From: a virus
DNA: 64,000 bases
Strand: one strand, 5' to 3'
Virus record (IMG/VR): IMGVR_UViG_3300017963_000033
Span: 1-64,000 of that record
A program made the position numbers and the translations under genes. Below are positions 27,314 through 36,276 of this stretch, in pieces. A model generated the notes under the pieces. The model was not told the DNA's origin. It saw only the letters and a list, made by a program, of their open reading frames with translations, and did not search any database. Each line of letters opens with the position of its first letter. The first letter of the stretch is position 1.

Positions 27314-27342
27314 AGTATACCCCACTTTCCCAAAGATGTCAA
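27314..27342 (-). promoter_or_regulatory. Promoter for the tRNA-like gene
   Basis: TTGACA-17-TATACT on the minus strand. Confidence 0.75.
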
Positions 27343-27351
27343 ATTGGGGTC

Positions 27352-27380
27352 TTGACAGGCGCTGGAATCTGTGATATACT
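27352..27380 (+). promoter_or_regulatory. Promoter of the FtsK module
   Basis: TTGACA-17-TATACT; near copy of the promoter at 20042. Confidence 0.8.
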
Positions 27381-27412
27381 GTCTGTGTAATGACATTGTG
27401 CGGAGGGAATAC

Positions 27413-27619
27413 ATGGGAGAGCAAGACACAATAGGAAAACAGGATGTGACGCTGACAATCAGGCTCGGGTTGCCGTTGCGGAAACAGGCATCAGCCAAGG
27501 CCATAAGGGATGGCTTTAGCCTGTCAGGGGTTGTGCGAACACTCCTACGCAGATACGTGGCGGGGGACATCCAGATCGAGACAACGGTCACGATGTCTGA
27601 GGAGAAGGATGATGGATAG
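27413..27619 (+). CDS. Ribbon-helix-helix regulator
   Basis: TLTIRL...LRKQA..KA..DGFSLSGVVRTLLRRYV. Confidence 0.75.
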   Translation: MGEQDTIGKQDVTLTIRLGLPLRKQASAKAIRDGFSLSGVVRTLLRRYVAGDIQIETTVTMSEEKDDG

Positions 27620-28319
27620 GCTCATCAACGCCGCCAGGAAATTCGATGCCGTGGACGCCATCGCCAAGTCAATCCCCTGGCTGTCGCCCATTCCCTCGGC
27701 CTACTTTGTCGCCCGCTCAGGAATGGCCCACCTGAGCCTGCCCCTGCCAGTGGCCATCGTCGTCGCTGCCATCATCGAAACTCTTGGACTCGCCACCGTC
27801 AACAGCGCCTTGGTTCTCTACGACTGGAACGTCCAAAAGCGCAAGAACGACCCGAAAGCACCGACCTGGATTGCCCTGGCCCTGGCAGGGGTTTATATCA
27901 TCGCCACCCTGTTGTTGGTGGTGTTCTTGGAAGTGTTTCCGTTCCTGGCCACATACGCGCCTGGCCTCTTTCCGTTCCTGGCCATCGTCGGCGCGGTCAA
28001 CCTGGCAGTCCTATCTCAGCACAAGCACCGTGTCGCCTCGGTGGATGAAGCCAAGGCTGAGGCCAAGGCCGGGAGGGAGCGCAGGAAGCGGGAAAAGGAG
28101 AGGGAGGAAGCTGAGGCGGCATTGCCACCGACACAGGTAGCGCAAGTCTCTGACTGGCGGCTGCTGGTGAATGATGGAGCCCTCGATCACATGAACGGCG
28201 ACCGCCTGGACGCCACCACGGTTGCCGAGATTCTGGCCCAGAACGGTTATGCACAGCCCTCCATGCGGGCCATGCAGGGATGGGCCAAGAATTGGAACGA
28301 TGAAAAGGAGACCAGCTGA
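27609..28319 (+). CDS. Multi-TM protein with coiled coil and possible C-terminal HTH (DUF2637/Spd-like)
   Basis: Three to four TM helices followed by a charged helix. Confidence 0.6.
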   Translation: MMDRLINAARKFDAVDAIAKSIPWLSPIPSAYFVARSGMAHLSLPLPVAIVVAAIIETLGLATVNSALVLYDWNVQKRKNDPKAPTWIALALAGVYIIATLLLVVFLEVFPFLATYAPGLFPFLAIVGAVNLAVLSQHKHRVASVDEAKAEAKAGRERRKREKEREEAEAALPPTQVAQVSDWRLLVNDGALDHMNGDRLDATTVAEILAQNGYAQPSMRAMQGWAKNWNDEKETS

Positions 28320-28542
28320 GAGGAGACACTACTGCGGAATTCAGGGATGGGAGACGAGGACAATGGATGAAGATGGAACCGGGGAACTGACGTTTGACGA
28401 GGTTGACATGCAGGACATGATTGACGATTGGTCGCGGATCTATGCCGAGGGTGTACGCGTTGACGGCTGGTATTATGACTGCCGGTCGGCCACCGTGATT
28501 ATCCGGCTGATTATCGAAGAGGGAGAGGACACCGACGCATGA
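28300..28542 (+). CDS. Acidic hypothetical protein (start uncertain)
   Basis: Operon position. Confidence 0.5.
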   Translation: MKRRPAERRHYCGIQGWETRTMDEDGTGELTFDEVDMQDMIDDWSRIYAEGVRVDGWYYDCRSATVIIRLIIEEGEDTDA

Positions 28543-28850
28543 CACTAAGCTGGGGCCTGATGTGGTATGACGGAGATCCCAAGAAACCATTCATGGACAA
28601 GGTGGGCCAGGCTGCCCGGCGCTATCGGGAGAAATATGGGCACTGGCCCAACACCTGCTACGTCCATCCCAACATGGTAGAAACAGACCCGGTGCTGACC
28701 CCGGTTGATGGGAGGGGGTCGGGCACAACCATTCGGGTCACCACAGCGCCCAACATCCTGCTCCATCATTTCTGGCTGGGGGAGGCACAGGATGCCAGTG
28801 GGCAACCGGCTGCCCAACTGTCACTCCATGGGTTGCGCCATGAAGTTTGA
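28539..28850 (+). CDS. Hypothetical protein
   Basis: ATGA overlap; GLMWYD...RYREKYG..PN.CYVHP. Confidence 0.7.
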   Translation: MTLSWGLMWYDGDPKKPFMDKVGQAARRYREKYGHWPNTCYVHPNMVETDPVLTPVDGRGSGTTIRVTTAPNILLHHFWLGEAQDASGQPAAQLSLHGLRHEV

Positions 28851-28974
28851 GATTGATCGCAAGCGCCGGCTAAAATGGACCGTCCAGGATCTACTCTGGA
28901 CCAATACACCTTGGTTCCTGCTCTTGGTGGTAGGAACCATCGTGGCGGTAGTCATTTCAGGAAAGGCAGAATGA
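28840..28974 (+). CDS. Small single-TM protein
   Basis: Overlaps both neighbours. Confidence 0.5.
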   Translation: MKFEIDRKRRLKWTVQDLLWTNTPWFLLLVVGTIVAVVISGKAE

Positions 28975-29645
28975 GCAAGAGGGTCCAGTCCACAAGCCAG
29001 AAAGATACAGACCGGCTCATCGTGGAGCATGTCCAGGGACCAAAGATCCGGGGGGTGGATCTCGAGATGGGGGACAAGACCGACAGGACGGTGGGAATTG
29101 TCCTGGCCATTGTCTTTGCCCTGGCTGCCATCTTTGCTTGCGGGGCCTTGTCTGGCACGTCCACAAGCAGCCCAAGCAGAAGTAGCAAGCCCTGGGAGGG
29201 ATGGGCCTATGTGCTCCCTGTCGTGGGCATCCTCCTCGCCATCCTGGCGCTGATGGTCCTTGTCTATCTCGGGGCCAGGATGTATCTGTCCCTGGCGCGT
29301 CTTTATGCGGAAGTCAACGCCCAGGACATTCAAGCCCGCGTGGTGCCGGCAGATGCCAACGGGAGCAAGGGGATGTTTGTCACCGGGGATAAGCGCGGAG
29401 CCGTAAACCTAGACGCACTGCCAGGGGCCACAGTCACCGGCCTTCACAAGGCAGATAAGGTTGTGGTGCCCGAGCCGGCAACCGAAGCCGAACAGCAGGC
29501 AGCCAACCAGGACAAGATGATCCGTCTTGCTACTGCTGCGCGGGCCATCCCCCCGCTTGGAGCGCCGAAACCGCCCCCTCAGATTCGGGAAGTGTCACCC
29601 GACTCGGAGGAGGTCGGATGGCTGGTGGATGGGAGAGAAGAGTGA
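28971..29645 (+). CDS. Two-TM membrane protein
   Basis: Two hydrophobic helices; ATGA overlap. Confidence 0.7.
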   Translation: MSKRVQSTSQKDTDRLIVEHVQGPKIRGVDLEMGDKTDRTVGIVLAIVFALAAIFACGALSGTSTSSPSRSSKPWEGWAYVLPVVGILLAILALMVLVYLGARMYLSLARLYAEVNAQDIQARVVPADANGSKGMFVTGDKRGAVNLDALPGATVTGLHKADKVVVPEPATEAEQQAANQDKMIRLATAARAIPPLGAPKPPPQIREVSPDSEEVGWLVDGREE

Positions 29646-30271
29646 GACCATACATTGACTTTGTGTCAGGTGAAAACACAGACAAGATCCCTGACTGGTT
29701 CACTGCCCAGCGTGAGGAGATTGATTGCCCATTCTGTGGACGAAAAGGATATGCCTGGAAACAGGAATATGCTCCTGCTACCTGGAACCAATGTCATCAC
29801 TCTATCATTGCAGATGAGAATGGAATGATGGATGCAGATCATTGCAAGATGGGTTATCTTGTATGGCCTTTGTTCTCAGGAGAAGAGGAACCTCACATTG
29901 AGGACTGGGGACTTGGACAACGATTCATTAAGAATATTCCCAGCCGAGACAGGTTGCCAGAGCACTTGTGGCAGTACCTGAACGGCGAGGGGAAGCGTAA
30001 AGGACTTGCCACGTGCTTGATCTGTGACGATTCATGGTTCTGGAAACTGCCGCATCACATCAAACCACTGAAAGGATATGCGGGACCGTTTCCCTATTGT
30101 GAGGAATGCAACCAGCAATTCGGTCGATTCAGGCACATTCAGGCCATGCTAAGATTGTGGCGGGAATGGCTTGCCTGTTGTTATCGGGAAAGCCTGCGCA
30201 GCGTCGAGTATCGGCGTGTAACACGCACAACGCTGAATGCAGTCCTGGGCATTATGGCGCATGGAGGATAG
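29642..30271 (+). CDS. Cys-rich hypothetical protein
   Basis: CPFC, CLIC, CEEC. Confidence 0.6.
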   Translation: MRPYIDFVSGENTDKIPDWFTAQREEIDCPFCGRKGYAWKQEYAPATWNQCHHSIIADENGMMDADHCKMGYLVWPLFSGEEEPHIEDWGLGQRFIKNIPSRDRLPEHLWQYLNGEGKRKGLATCLICDDSWFWKLPHHIKPLKGYAGPFPYCEECNQQFGRFRHIQAMLRLWREWLACCYRESLRSVEYRRVTRTTLNAVLGIMAHGG

Positions 30272-31633
30272 GTGAATCCACGGCAGGTTGAACAGCGGGT
30301 GACTGATGCCCTCACACAACTGAAACTGTGCCATCGAGAACGTGGCGTCGTCCGGGGCCAGGTGTCCTTTACGGACATCTGGCACTGTGAGGATGTCCAT
30401 GGGCGAGGCCCCGTGGTGGGCCTCGTGGTTGATGTTGCCAACCTGCCGCTGGGGGTAGACGCGGGAACCCTGACCAGTATCAAGACCCTGCACCACCTGG
30501 AAACGGTTCTGGAATGCACCATCAAGTGCCAGAACACCAAAGGTATTACCTATGCCGTGTTCCTAGATGAGCCACCCGATTCCAACATCCCAGACGCAGT
30601 GCCCTTCACCATGGAGGACCGCCCCGAGGGAGACTACATGATTCCCCTGGGCGTCGGTCCTACCGGGCCGGTGTGGAAGAGCCTGACCGAACTTGACTCC
30701 ATCCTGGTGGCCGGCACCCGCCGCATGGGCAAGTCCACCTGGGTCAACTCGGTCCTCGCCGCGCTGCTCAAGCACCACACCCCCGAGCAACTAAAGCTGG
30801 CCATCATCGACCCCAAGCGGGTGGATTTTGGGGCCTGGGCCGCAGCTCCGCACTTGTTGTGGGAGATTGCCAGAGAGGCCCATGAGGCGGCCTTGTTATT
30901 GGAACAGATGTTCAAAGAGATGAACATGCGTTCGGCGGCCATCATCGCTGCCAAGTGCGCAAACATTGACGACTACAACAAGATTGCGGAGCAGCCCATG
31001 CCCCGCATCCTAATCGTCTGCGACGAGGCTGCATACCTCCAGGAAGTGGGGGAGGATGCCATCCAGATGCTGTCCCAGATCCTCAGCCTGGGCGGGGCCT
31101 TTGGCATCCATGTGATTGTTTCGACCCAGCGCCCGGATGCCCAAAGCATTTCCAGCCTGCTCAAGGCCAATCTGCCGGTACGCATCAGCTTTTGGTTCCA
31201 GGCCCCTATCAACTATCGCATTGCCCTGGAGCCACCGCAGGGGGCGCGGGTGCCGCGCATCCCCTATCACAAGGGACGATTCGTCCTATCCATCGACCAT
31301 GCCTACCAGGTGCTCCAGGGCTATCGCCTGGACAACGAGGCCCTTTGGGCGCTGGCCGAGGAGGTCCAGGCCGGGCGGTCGCTGCCCATTCCGATGCGCC
31401 ACCTGGAGATGATGCGCTGGGCGCGAGATGAAAACGAGGGTTATCTGTCCATTGCTGCTGTGGACAATTTCCTGGGAGAACGGCGGGAAGGAGAACCCTC
31501 CCGCAAGAAACTGTGCAAGGACTATGAGCGGGCGGGATGGCTGGAGAAGGACCCCCAGAAGAACAACGCTCGGCGGCTGACCATCCGGGCGGTTGGAATT
31601 CTTGAGAGGTTCGAGGATCTATGGCAACAATGA
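30272..31633 (+). CDS. FtsK/SpoIIIE-family DNA translocase-like ATPase
   Basis: ILVAGTRRMGKS, IIDPKRVD, PRILIVCDE, STQRP; winged-helix-like C-terminus. Confidence 0.9.
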   Translation: MNPRQVEQRVTDALTQLKLCHRERGVVRGQVSFTDIWHCEDVHGRGPVVGLVVDVANLPLGVDAGTLTSIKTLHHLETVLECTIKCQNTKGITYAVFLDEPPDSNIPDAVPFTMEDRPEGDYMIPLGVGPTGPVWKSLTELDSILVAGTRRMGKSTWVNSVLAALLKHHTPEQLKLAIIDPKRVDFGAWAAAPHLLWEIAREAHEAALLLEQMFKEMNMRSAAIIAAKCANIDDYNKIAEQPMPRILIVCDEAAYLQEVGEDAIQMLSQILSLGGAFGIHVIVSTQRPDAQSISSLLKANLPVRISFWFQAPINYRIALEPPQGARVPRIPYHKGRFVLSIDHAYQVLQGYRLDNEALWALAEEVQAGRSLPIPMRHLEMMRWARDENEGYLSIAAVDNFLGERREGEPSRKKLCKDYERAGWLEKDPQKNNARRLTIRAVGILERFEDLWQQ

Positions 31634-31827
31634 TAGAAAAAGTGATGTCCTTCATAGGTGCCATAGCAATCGGTGTGGCAATCATGCTGAATGTCACGGC
31701 ATTGATAGCCTCTATCAAAGGGAATATGGAGACCATCAATATCATCGGTGCTGCACTTTTTGCTTTGGCGGTCGGCCTGTCTTTTCTGTATATCGCAAAG
31801 GAAACACTGGATAGAATTCTGTCTTGA
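31621..31827 (+). CDS. Small two-TM protein
   Basis: Hydrophobic and AT-rich. Confidence 0.6.
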   Translation: MATMIEKVMSFIGAIAIGVAIMLNVTALIASIKGNMETINIIGAALFALAVGLSFLYIAKETLDRILS

Positions 31828-31838
31828 AAGGAGACATA

Positions 31839-32759
31839 ATGGCTGAACTGTGGATGGAAACAGACGTTGAGAAAGCGAGAACCTATGCTGCCCCACCGAA
31901 GGTGCGAATGTATGCTGCACAAGAGTTTGCAATTGCCTCACCAGTCGAGGCAACATCCTTGATGCACAAACTGGAACAATCGCCAAGCAAGCCCCTGCTG
32001 GCATCAGCATTCACAGCAGGGGAAATCAGCATCATCCTCCAGCAAGGAAGATTTGTTCTTGCCGAAAAGTTGGGGGTTCGCGGGCTGACGCTGGATGATC
32101 TGGCATTGTTGTATGTCGTGGACAGTTTCGCCCTACTTCTCTGGCAGGTAGGCCGCACAGAACCCTTGCAACAAAGCATCAACGCTGGTTCAATGCCATC
32201 TGTGTCGCAGTCCATTTCCACTGCTCGCCAAGCGGCTGCCGCCGCTGCAATTGCTGCTGCCAGCCAAAGACAGATTGATTTTATGCCCATGCAGATGCCA
32301 CGGGCACATAGGGTTCGTGCTCCGCGCTTGCGCCGGCAACGAGCACAAATTCCCCACAGTGATCCAGTCTTGGTGCTAGACCTACGACCTGGCAGACTCG
32401 ATCTTGATGCTTACTACAAGGCCCAACGGAAATGGTGGGGAGCCTTCACCAATGGTGGAAACAAGGGTACTAGAATGGGTCTTAGGGATGCCAATAGGAA
32501 ACTGGAAAGATTGGTAGAGACAACCAATAGTACCCCAGGCATCAGGCCACGGGCACGATTACTCCTGAATCAGGAATTTGCCAGGGTACGCGCCGATCTG
32601 GCAAGTATGCCGCAAATAGGAAGTTTCCAACGCCAACAAATAGATGATTTCACCATCGACAGGGTTTTCAGGGCTATATTCTATCTCATCTTTTTCGGTG
32701 CCATATTGGCAGCAACTTGCGCAATGCTGTATGGCATCTTTCACTTGATCATGATGTGA
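31839..32759 (+). CDS. Hypothetical protein with C-terminal TM
   Basis: AAAGGAG RBS. Confidence 0.7.
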   Translation: MAELWMETDVEKARTYAAPPKVRMYAAQEFAIASPVEATSLMHKLEQSPSKPLLASAFTAGEISIILQQGRFVLAEKLGVRGLTLDDLALLYVVDSFALLLWQVGRTEPLQQSINAGSMPSVSQSISTARQAAAAAAIAAASQRQIDFMPMQMPRAHRVRAPRLRRQRAQIPHSDPVLVLDLRPGRLDLDAYYKAQRKWWGAFTNGGNKGTRMGLRDANRKLERLVETTNSTPGIRPRARLLLNQEFARVRADLASMPQIGSFQRQQIDDFTIDRVFRAIFYLIFFGAILAATCAMLYGIFHLIMM

Positions 32760-33393
32760 GGACAGGCACTGGGCCTGACCAGAAAGGAGACTCTGAATGA
32801 GTGAGCGTTTAGGAGGATGCGCGGAGGCGTTGCGCGTCGTGGCCTTGATTGTGTTGGTAGTTGGCCTTGTCGTCCTCATCGGGCTGGGCATCATCGTTTA
32901 TGGAGATGCCCATGAGAAGCGGAGTGCCGCCATCGACACTCAGGCCAGGGAGAAAACAGCCCAGACGGAGATTGCCTGGAACGGGATAACCGAACGCACC
33001 GCCACCGAAGAGGAAGGCAAGACTAAGCGCACTGCCATCGAAGAGGAAGGCAAGACTGAGCGCCAGTTGAACCAGTTGAACCATGAGAAATTTCTACTGA
33101 TCTGGGCAGAACAATCCTGGGAACAACGGCTTGTCATGTTGGCTGAAATCACCAGAGGTATGACCTCAGAGGAGCGCCAAGCACTCCTGCACATGATGAA
33201 CGCCTATGAGGCTGGAAACACTGCTGAGGATCGCAATTGGACCCAAATCTTCGCCTGGGCATGGGCAATCTTCGGTGCCATCCTGGTGTTTTGGTTCCTG
33301 GGACGCCCATTGCTCAAGCGGGTCTTTATCTCTATGCCATGGGGATGGTAGTGAGCAGTGGTGGACAGGCACTGGGCCTGACCAGAAAGGAGA
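32760..33393 (+). repeat. 31-bp perfect direct repeats (32760-32790 / 33363-33393) flanking one gene
   Basis: GGACAGGCACTGGGCCTGACCAGAAAGGAGA, two copies. Confidence 0.9.
32797..33351 (+). CDS. Membrane protein
   Basis: N- and C-terminal TM; internal RTA.EEEGKT repeat. Confidence 0.7.
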   Translation: MSERLGGCAEALRVVALIVLVVGLVVLIGLGIIVYGDAHEKRSAAIDTQAREKTAQTEIAWNGITERTATEEEGKTKRTAIEEEGKTERQLNQLNHEKFLLIWAEQSWEQRLVMLAEITRGMTSEERQALLHMMNAYEAGNTAEDRNWTQIFAWAWAIFGAILVFWFLGRPLLKRVFISMPWGW

Positions 33394-33451
33394 TTGCAAA
33401 TCCTTTAATCAAACTGATTGCCTAGCTGACAAACAAACAAAGTGGTGAAGA

Positions 33452-33490
33452 GAGACCGGGGCTACCATCATGGTAGCCCCGGTCTTTTTT
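33452..33490 (+). terminator. Rho-independent terminator between convergent arms
   Basis: AGACCGGGGCTACCA-TCA-TGGTAGCCCCGGTCT followed by a T-run. Confidence 0.85.
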
Positions 33491-33494
33491 GCGT

Positions 33495-34115
33495 TTAGGG
33501 GAGAATGGTCCTGCTCACCATGTACCTCGGGCGCACGTCCCGATAGATGTAGGAACGCCCCCGGTTCACAGCGTCAATCTCCTGAATCTGTCCCTGACTG
33601 CCTGTTGTGCCATTGTTGCGCAGGATGATGAGCACCAGCGGCAACTCGGACAGATAAGGCCCCCAGGTGTCCATGACCTCGGGCCAGACCTCATCCTCAG
33701 CCTCTGCCGCCGTCGCATACTCGTTGGTATCGTAATAGAATGCAAGCCCCACATCGCTGTATGCCCAGGCCACCCCATCTATGACCAGGCAGATTCCGCG
33801 ATAGTAATAGGCATTGGTATACGATGGTGCCCCATCATCGAGGCCACCTGGCCCAAACTCTGCATCTCCAGGGTCTACAATCTTGGCACGTCCAAAGCCT
33901 GGACCATCCGGGCTTTCATACATAATGCCGCCACGGGCATGGACCAGCGTGGATGGTGGACAGCTCGGATACACGGCAAACCAGTAGTGCATGTTATCAT
34001 ATCTGGCCCTGGCCCTCTGCCGTGCCTGTTCCAATAGGATCTCCTTAAAGTTGTTCAGGATGTCCATATTGGAGGAAATATGCCTTGGCCTAGTATCCTT
34101 GCGATAGAATGTCAT
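33495..34115 (-). CDS. Hypothetical protein, last gene of the tail operon
   Basis: Coupled to the upstream tail gene. Confidence 0.65.
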   Translation of the reverse strand: MTFYRKDTRPRHISSNMDILNNFKEILLEQARQRARARYDNMHYWFAVYPSCPPSTLVHARGGIMYESPDGPGFGRAKIVDPGDAEFGPGGLDDGAPSYTNAYYYRGICLVIDGVAWAYSDVGLAFYYDTNEYATAAEAEDEVWPEVMDTWGPYLSELPLVLIILRNNGTTGSQGQIQEIDAVNRGRSYIYRDVRPRYMVSRTILP

Positions 34116-35260
34116 ACTGTCTCACTTCTGGTCCACAATTCTGCCTTGCCTTCGATGACTTCCTCATTCTGCCCGTCGATGGCCCCGGCGACCTCGGTGA
34201 TCCTCATGTCATATTCATTGCCCCACAACACCAGGGTCACCAGATCCCCCAAGGCCCAATCTCTCCCATACAAACACCACTCTGTCTGGACCGGCTTGAA
34301 TGTGACAGTGGTGATGGCCCCCAGGTCCACCAGGTACTGCTCCAGGATGTCAGGAACACTGTCGATGCTTGCTGTGTCTGAGACATCCACATAATCCTCA
34401 CGGCGACGGTAGGGACTCTCTGCGATGGCATCACTGTTTTCGGCCTCGACAATGTCCTGCTCTCCTCCCCCTCCCTCCCAGCCGCCATAGAGATAGGTCA
34501 CTTCCTGAGTCCGACTTACCCCGACGAATGGTTCCAGCACGTTCTCAAATTCAAGGCTAAAGATGGTGGGATTGGCGGCATATCCTTTCCTGCGGTCGGT
34601 GCCATAGTAGGGACAGTAGGTGCGGAACTCAAAGCCATCACTGACGCGCACCACCCGAAAGTCGGTTTGCCATGTTTCCCCGGCCAGTGTCTTTACAGCC
34701 GTTAGGAGCCTATCATAGCGCCCCTCGTAGCAGCCATACGTTCCCTCGCCTCGGTTGCCCTCCACAGAAAAGTTGCTGAACTGCCTTTCCAGCGCAGCCC
34801 CGCCCCCCATGGACTCTGAAACCATGGCCTTCATCACATCATCGGCAGGTCCAAACATCCACCAGATGCCATAGTCCCGCCACTGCTGCGAGGCGCTGGG
34901 CACAGGAGTCAGGACGGGTTGGTCTATCAACCACTCAGGACTCATGCCGGTGCTGGCCCAGTAATGCTCGTCAAACTGCCCCGTCATCAATTCTTCTGGA
35001 TTGTGGTGAAACCCATAGAATTCCTCATAGTAGCCTGAACCATAGTCCCGCTCTACGAGGATGCCATAATCCACCCGAAAGAGGTCTTTGGTATCTGTCT
35101 CGGCTACGAATTCGGCCCGGTAGACGGTGGCATCGTTCAGCTTGTGATGCCAGGCGATGGATAGGAAGTCGGATTCGTGAACCCCACTGGCATGGAGGAG
35201 GGCCAGCTTGGAGCCGGTCCAATCGCACAGCCACACCTGGTACTGGGCAAACTCAGGCAT
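34112..35260 (-). CDS. Siphovirus minor tail / baseplate hub protein (ReqiPepy6 Gp37-like)
   Basis: YGRDWALGDLVT, RREDYVD and FSLEFENV motifs. Confidence 0.75.
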   Translation of the reverse strand: MPEFAQYQVWLCDWTGSKLALLHASGVHESDFLSIAWHHKLNDATVYRAEFVAETDTKDLFRVDYGILVERDYGSGYYEEFYGFHHNPEELMTGQFDEHYWASTGMSPEWLIDQPVLTPVPSASQQWRDYGIWWMFGPADDVMKAMVSESMGGGAALERQFSNFSVEGNRGEGTYGCYEGRYDRLLTAVKTLAGETWQTDFRVVRVSDGFEFRTYCPYYGTDRRKGYAANPTIFSLEFENVLEPFVGVSRTQEVTYLYGGWEGGGGEQDIVEAENSDAIAESPYRRREDYVDVSDTASIDSVPDILEQYLVDLGAITTVTFKPVQTEWCLYGRDWALGDLVTLVLWGNEYDMRITEVAGAIDGQNEEVIEGKAELWTRSETV

Positions 35261-36275
35261 CGGCAGTCCAGCTCATCTCAATCCCGAGCAGTCGCATGGC
35301 GCTGTTGTAACTGTCGGCTGCGCCGTCTCGGTCCAGTTTGATGATGATGATGTCGCCGGCATTGATGGCGAACGCGGCGATGAGCTGATCCCGGTAGACA
35401 GTGGTATTGACCCTGGCCTGCTGGTCTGGGGTGATGGTGCCATTGGTGTTGGCCAGGGTCCCCCCATAGGGACCGGCATAGGTGTTATAGTCCCACTGGC
35501 ACAATTCCGCTCCACCCCCAGCTCCATTCACATCTGGCACCGACCAGACATAAATGTCTACCTGGGCGCTCACCAGCCCTGTGGGAGCCATAAAGTAAAC
35601 CCATCCCGTGTTGGTTGCGGCATCCACAAACTCCCAATAATCATAGGATGCACCCGCCGTCCAGGTGCAGGGATTCGTGCTATCGGGCTCAATTTCCCCA
35701 GAACCCTTGATCTCGTAGCGTGTCCGGTCTGGAACTTTGACCGGCGTCACCGCACCCAGGGCATAGTGCTCCGTGTCCACGGCATTGGCTGGCCATTCCG
35801 TGGTCCATTGGCAATATTCCCTGGTGTCGGTCAGGGTGATGGCCCCGGCTGCATTCACTAGCACGGTGGCCAGGGGCACTTCGTAGATGGCCCCGGCTCC
35901 CTGGGTCAGCGCCGGCACGGCAGGGACAGCAGCCTCCGTCCCAACTACCCTTCCGATTCGGGCTGTCTGAATAGACCAATCCCGCCGCACGACAATGCGG
36001 TCATAGCGCGATGTGCCGGCGCTTGGCGTGGGGATGTTGACTGTCACCCCGGCGTCGTTCTCGTAGAACATGCCATAGATGATAGCCGCCCCTGTGTCCA
36101 CGCTGACCGGACTGGAGGCCCCAGTGATGGCCAACTCATTCAGCCAACCACGGAGTACCCCCCGGTTTCCGGTGCCATTCAAGAGCGCCCGGAAAAAGGT
36201 ATCCATCATGTGGCTTTGTGTATAGGGGCCACCATCCCCTGCAACCCCATCCCAGAACATGCTCGTTTGCGCCAT
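35253..36275 (-). CDS. Baseplate/receptor-binding protein, paralog 3
   Basis: Shared N-domain FWDG...GVL.GWLNEL...YEND...RYDRIVVRRDW...PLA. Confidence 0.7.
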   Translation of the reverse strand: MAQTSMFWDGVAGDGGPYTQSHMMDTFFRALLNGTGNRGVLRGWLNELAITGASSPVSVDTGAAIIYGMFYENDAGVTVNIPTPSAGTSRYDRIVVRRDWSIQTARIGRVVGTEAAVPAVPALTQGAGAIYEVPLATVLVNAAGAITLTDTREYCQWTTEWPANAVDTEHYALGAVTPVKVPDRTRYEIKGSGEIEPDSTNPCTWTAGASYDYWEFVDAATNTGWVYFMAPTGLVSAQVDIYVWSVPDVNGAGGGAELCQWDYNTYAGPYGGTLANTNGTITPDQQARVNTTVYRDQLIAAFAINAGDIIIIKLDRDGAADSYNSAMRLLGIEMSWTADA

Positions 36276-36276
36276 G

